Assembly (NCBI GenBank): GCA_950097015.1
Contig: CATNEN010000039.1
Span: 10,850,001 to 10,914,000, forward strand
DNA: 64,000 bases
Reading direction: 5' to 3'
From: Macrostomum hystrix
Taxonomy: Eukaryota > Animalia > Platyhelminthes
Shown here: positions 63,498 through 64,000 of the stretch, in pieces
Layout of the letters: each line of letters begins with the position of its first letter
How positions within the stretch are numbered: position 1 is the first letter of the stretch
Notes under the pieces: generated by a model
The model's database searches: none
What the model was told of the DNA's origin: nothing
What the model saw: the letters and a program-made list of their open reading frames with translations, nothing else
Made by a program: the position numbers and the translations under genes

Positions 63498-64000
63498 TCA
63501 GTACCCTCCAGGCTCCCTGTCCTTCTCTGTCTGAGCCGAGGCAGGCTCGTGCGAGTGTCCGTGATGCCTGTCGGTTGAGTCCGAGCACTCCGACTGCAGC
63601 GCGGCGCCCCCGGCAGCCAGACTGTCGCAGTGGGCCAGGCGCTTCAACATCACAGTGATGGCGGCGAGAATACACAGAGAGATAATCGATAGGCCGCACT
63701 GGATTAGGAAGAAGCCAGAGAAGCTAAGCCGATCGATCACCAGACCCGACAGCAGCGGTGCTGTGAGCATACCCAGACCGGCTCCCATGCGACTCATTGG
63801 GAAGGCCACCGAGCCCTCTAGGTTCATGACCTCTTCCGCCGTGGCATAGACCATGGTGTTACCAGTGCCAATGGACAGGCCGGATATGAAGCCGAGCGCA
63901 TATTGAAGTCCCCGAACTTGGCGGGTAAAAAACCAGACGAATAGTGTCAGGGCTAGGGTGCCAGATCCAGTCAGGTAGACTAGGATGAGCTTGCCGCGAA
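63498..64000 (-). CDS. MFS transporter, monocarboxylate (SLC16)-like, C-terminal part; extends beyond window
   Basis: Open frame from the window end with hydrophobic helices LGFISGLSIG and GAGLGMLTAPLLSGLVIDR (MFS TM11 pattern), FSGFFLIQCGLSIISLCIL; stop at 63498. Confidence 0.65.
   Translation of the reverse strand, partial: RGKLILVYLTGSGTLALTLFVWFFTRQVRGLQYALGFISGLSIGTGNTMVYATAEEVMNLEGSVAFPMSRMGAGLGMLTAPLLSGLVIDRLSFSGFFLIQCGLSIISLCILAAITVMLKRLAHCDSLAAGGAALQSECSDSTDRHHGHSHEPASAQTEKDREPGGY

Overview
Eukaryotic (metazoan) genomic DNA with spliceosomal introns. Composition, dense intronic minisatellites, tRNA-SINEs and RTE relics suggest a free-living flatworm such as Macrostomum; this is an inference, not verified. 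Gene models were rebuilt by hand from GT-AG sites and reading-frame phase. In order: 3' part of a Distal-less (Dlx) homeobox gene (+); a tight same-strand cluster VPS18, EXOSC7/RRP42, RFWD3, PPAT (all -); HHAT-like MBOAT acyltransferase (-); a Crypton-type tyrosine recombinase relic; a divergent TRPV-like channel (+); MYDGF (-); a large secreted orphan protein with an F5/8-C domain (-); a metabotropic glutamate receptor (+); and the 3' end of an MFS/SLC16-like transporter (-). Mobile DNA: three tRNA-derived SINE families (three copies with TSDs), an RTE LINE relic, a Helitron carrying a PIF1 fragment and a nested hAT MITE, and a dispersed foldback family built on GTCTATGG/CCATAGAC. Best leads: (1) a candidate SL trans-spliced operon in which EXOSC7 has no genomic ATG and would take its start codon from the flatworm spliced leader; (2) nearly every intron and spacer in that cluster holds its own minisatellite, one visibly born from a SINE B-box; (3) two SINE families of different length share a collinear set of short motifs; (4) a possible Crypton-driven foldback element system.
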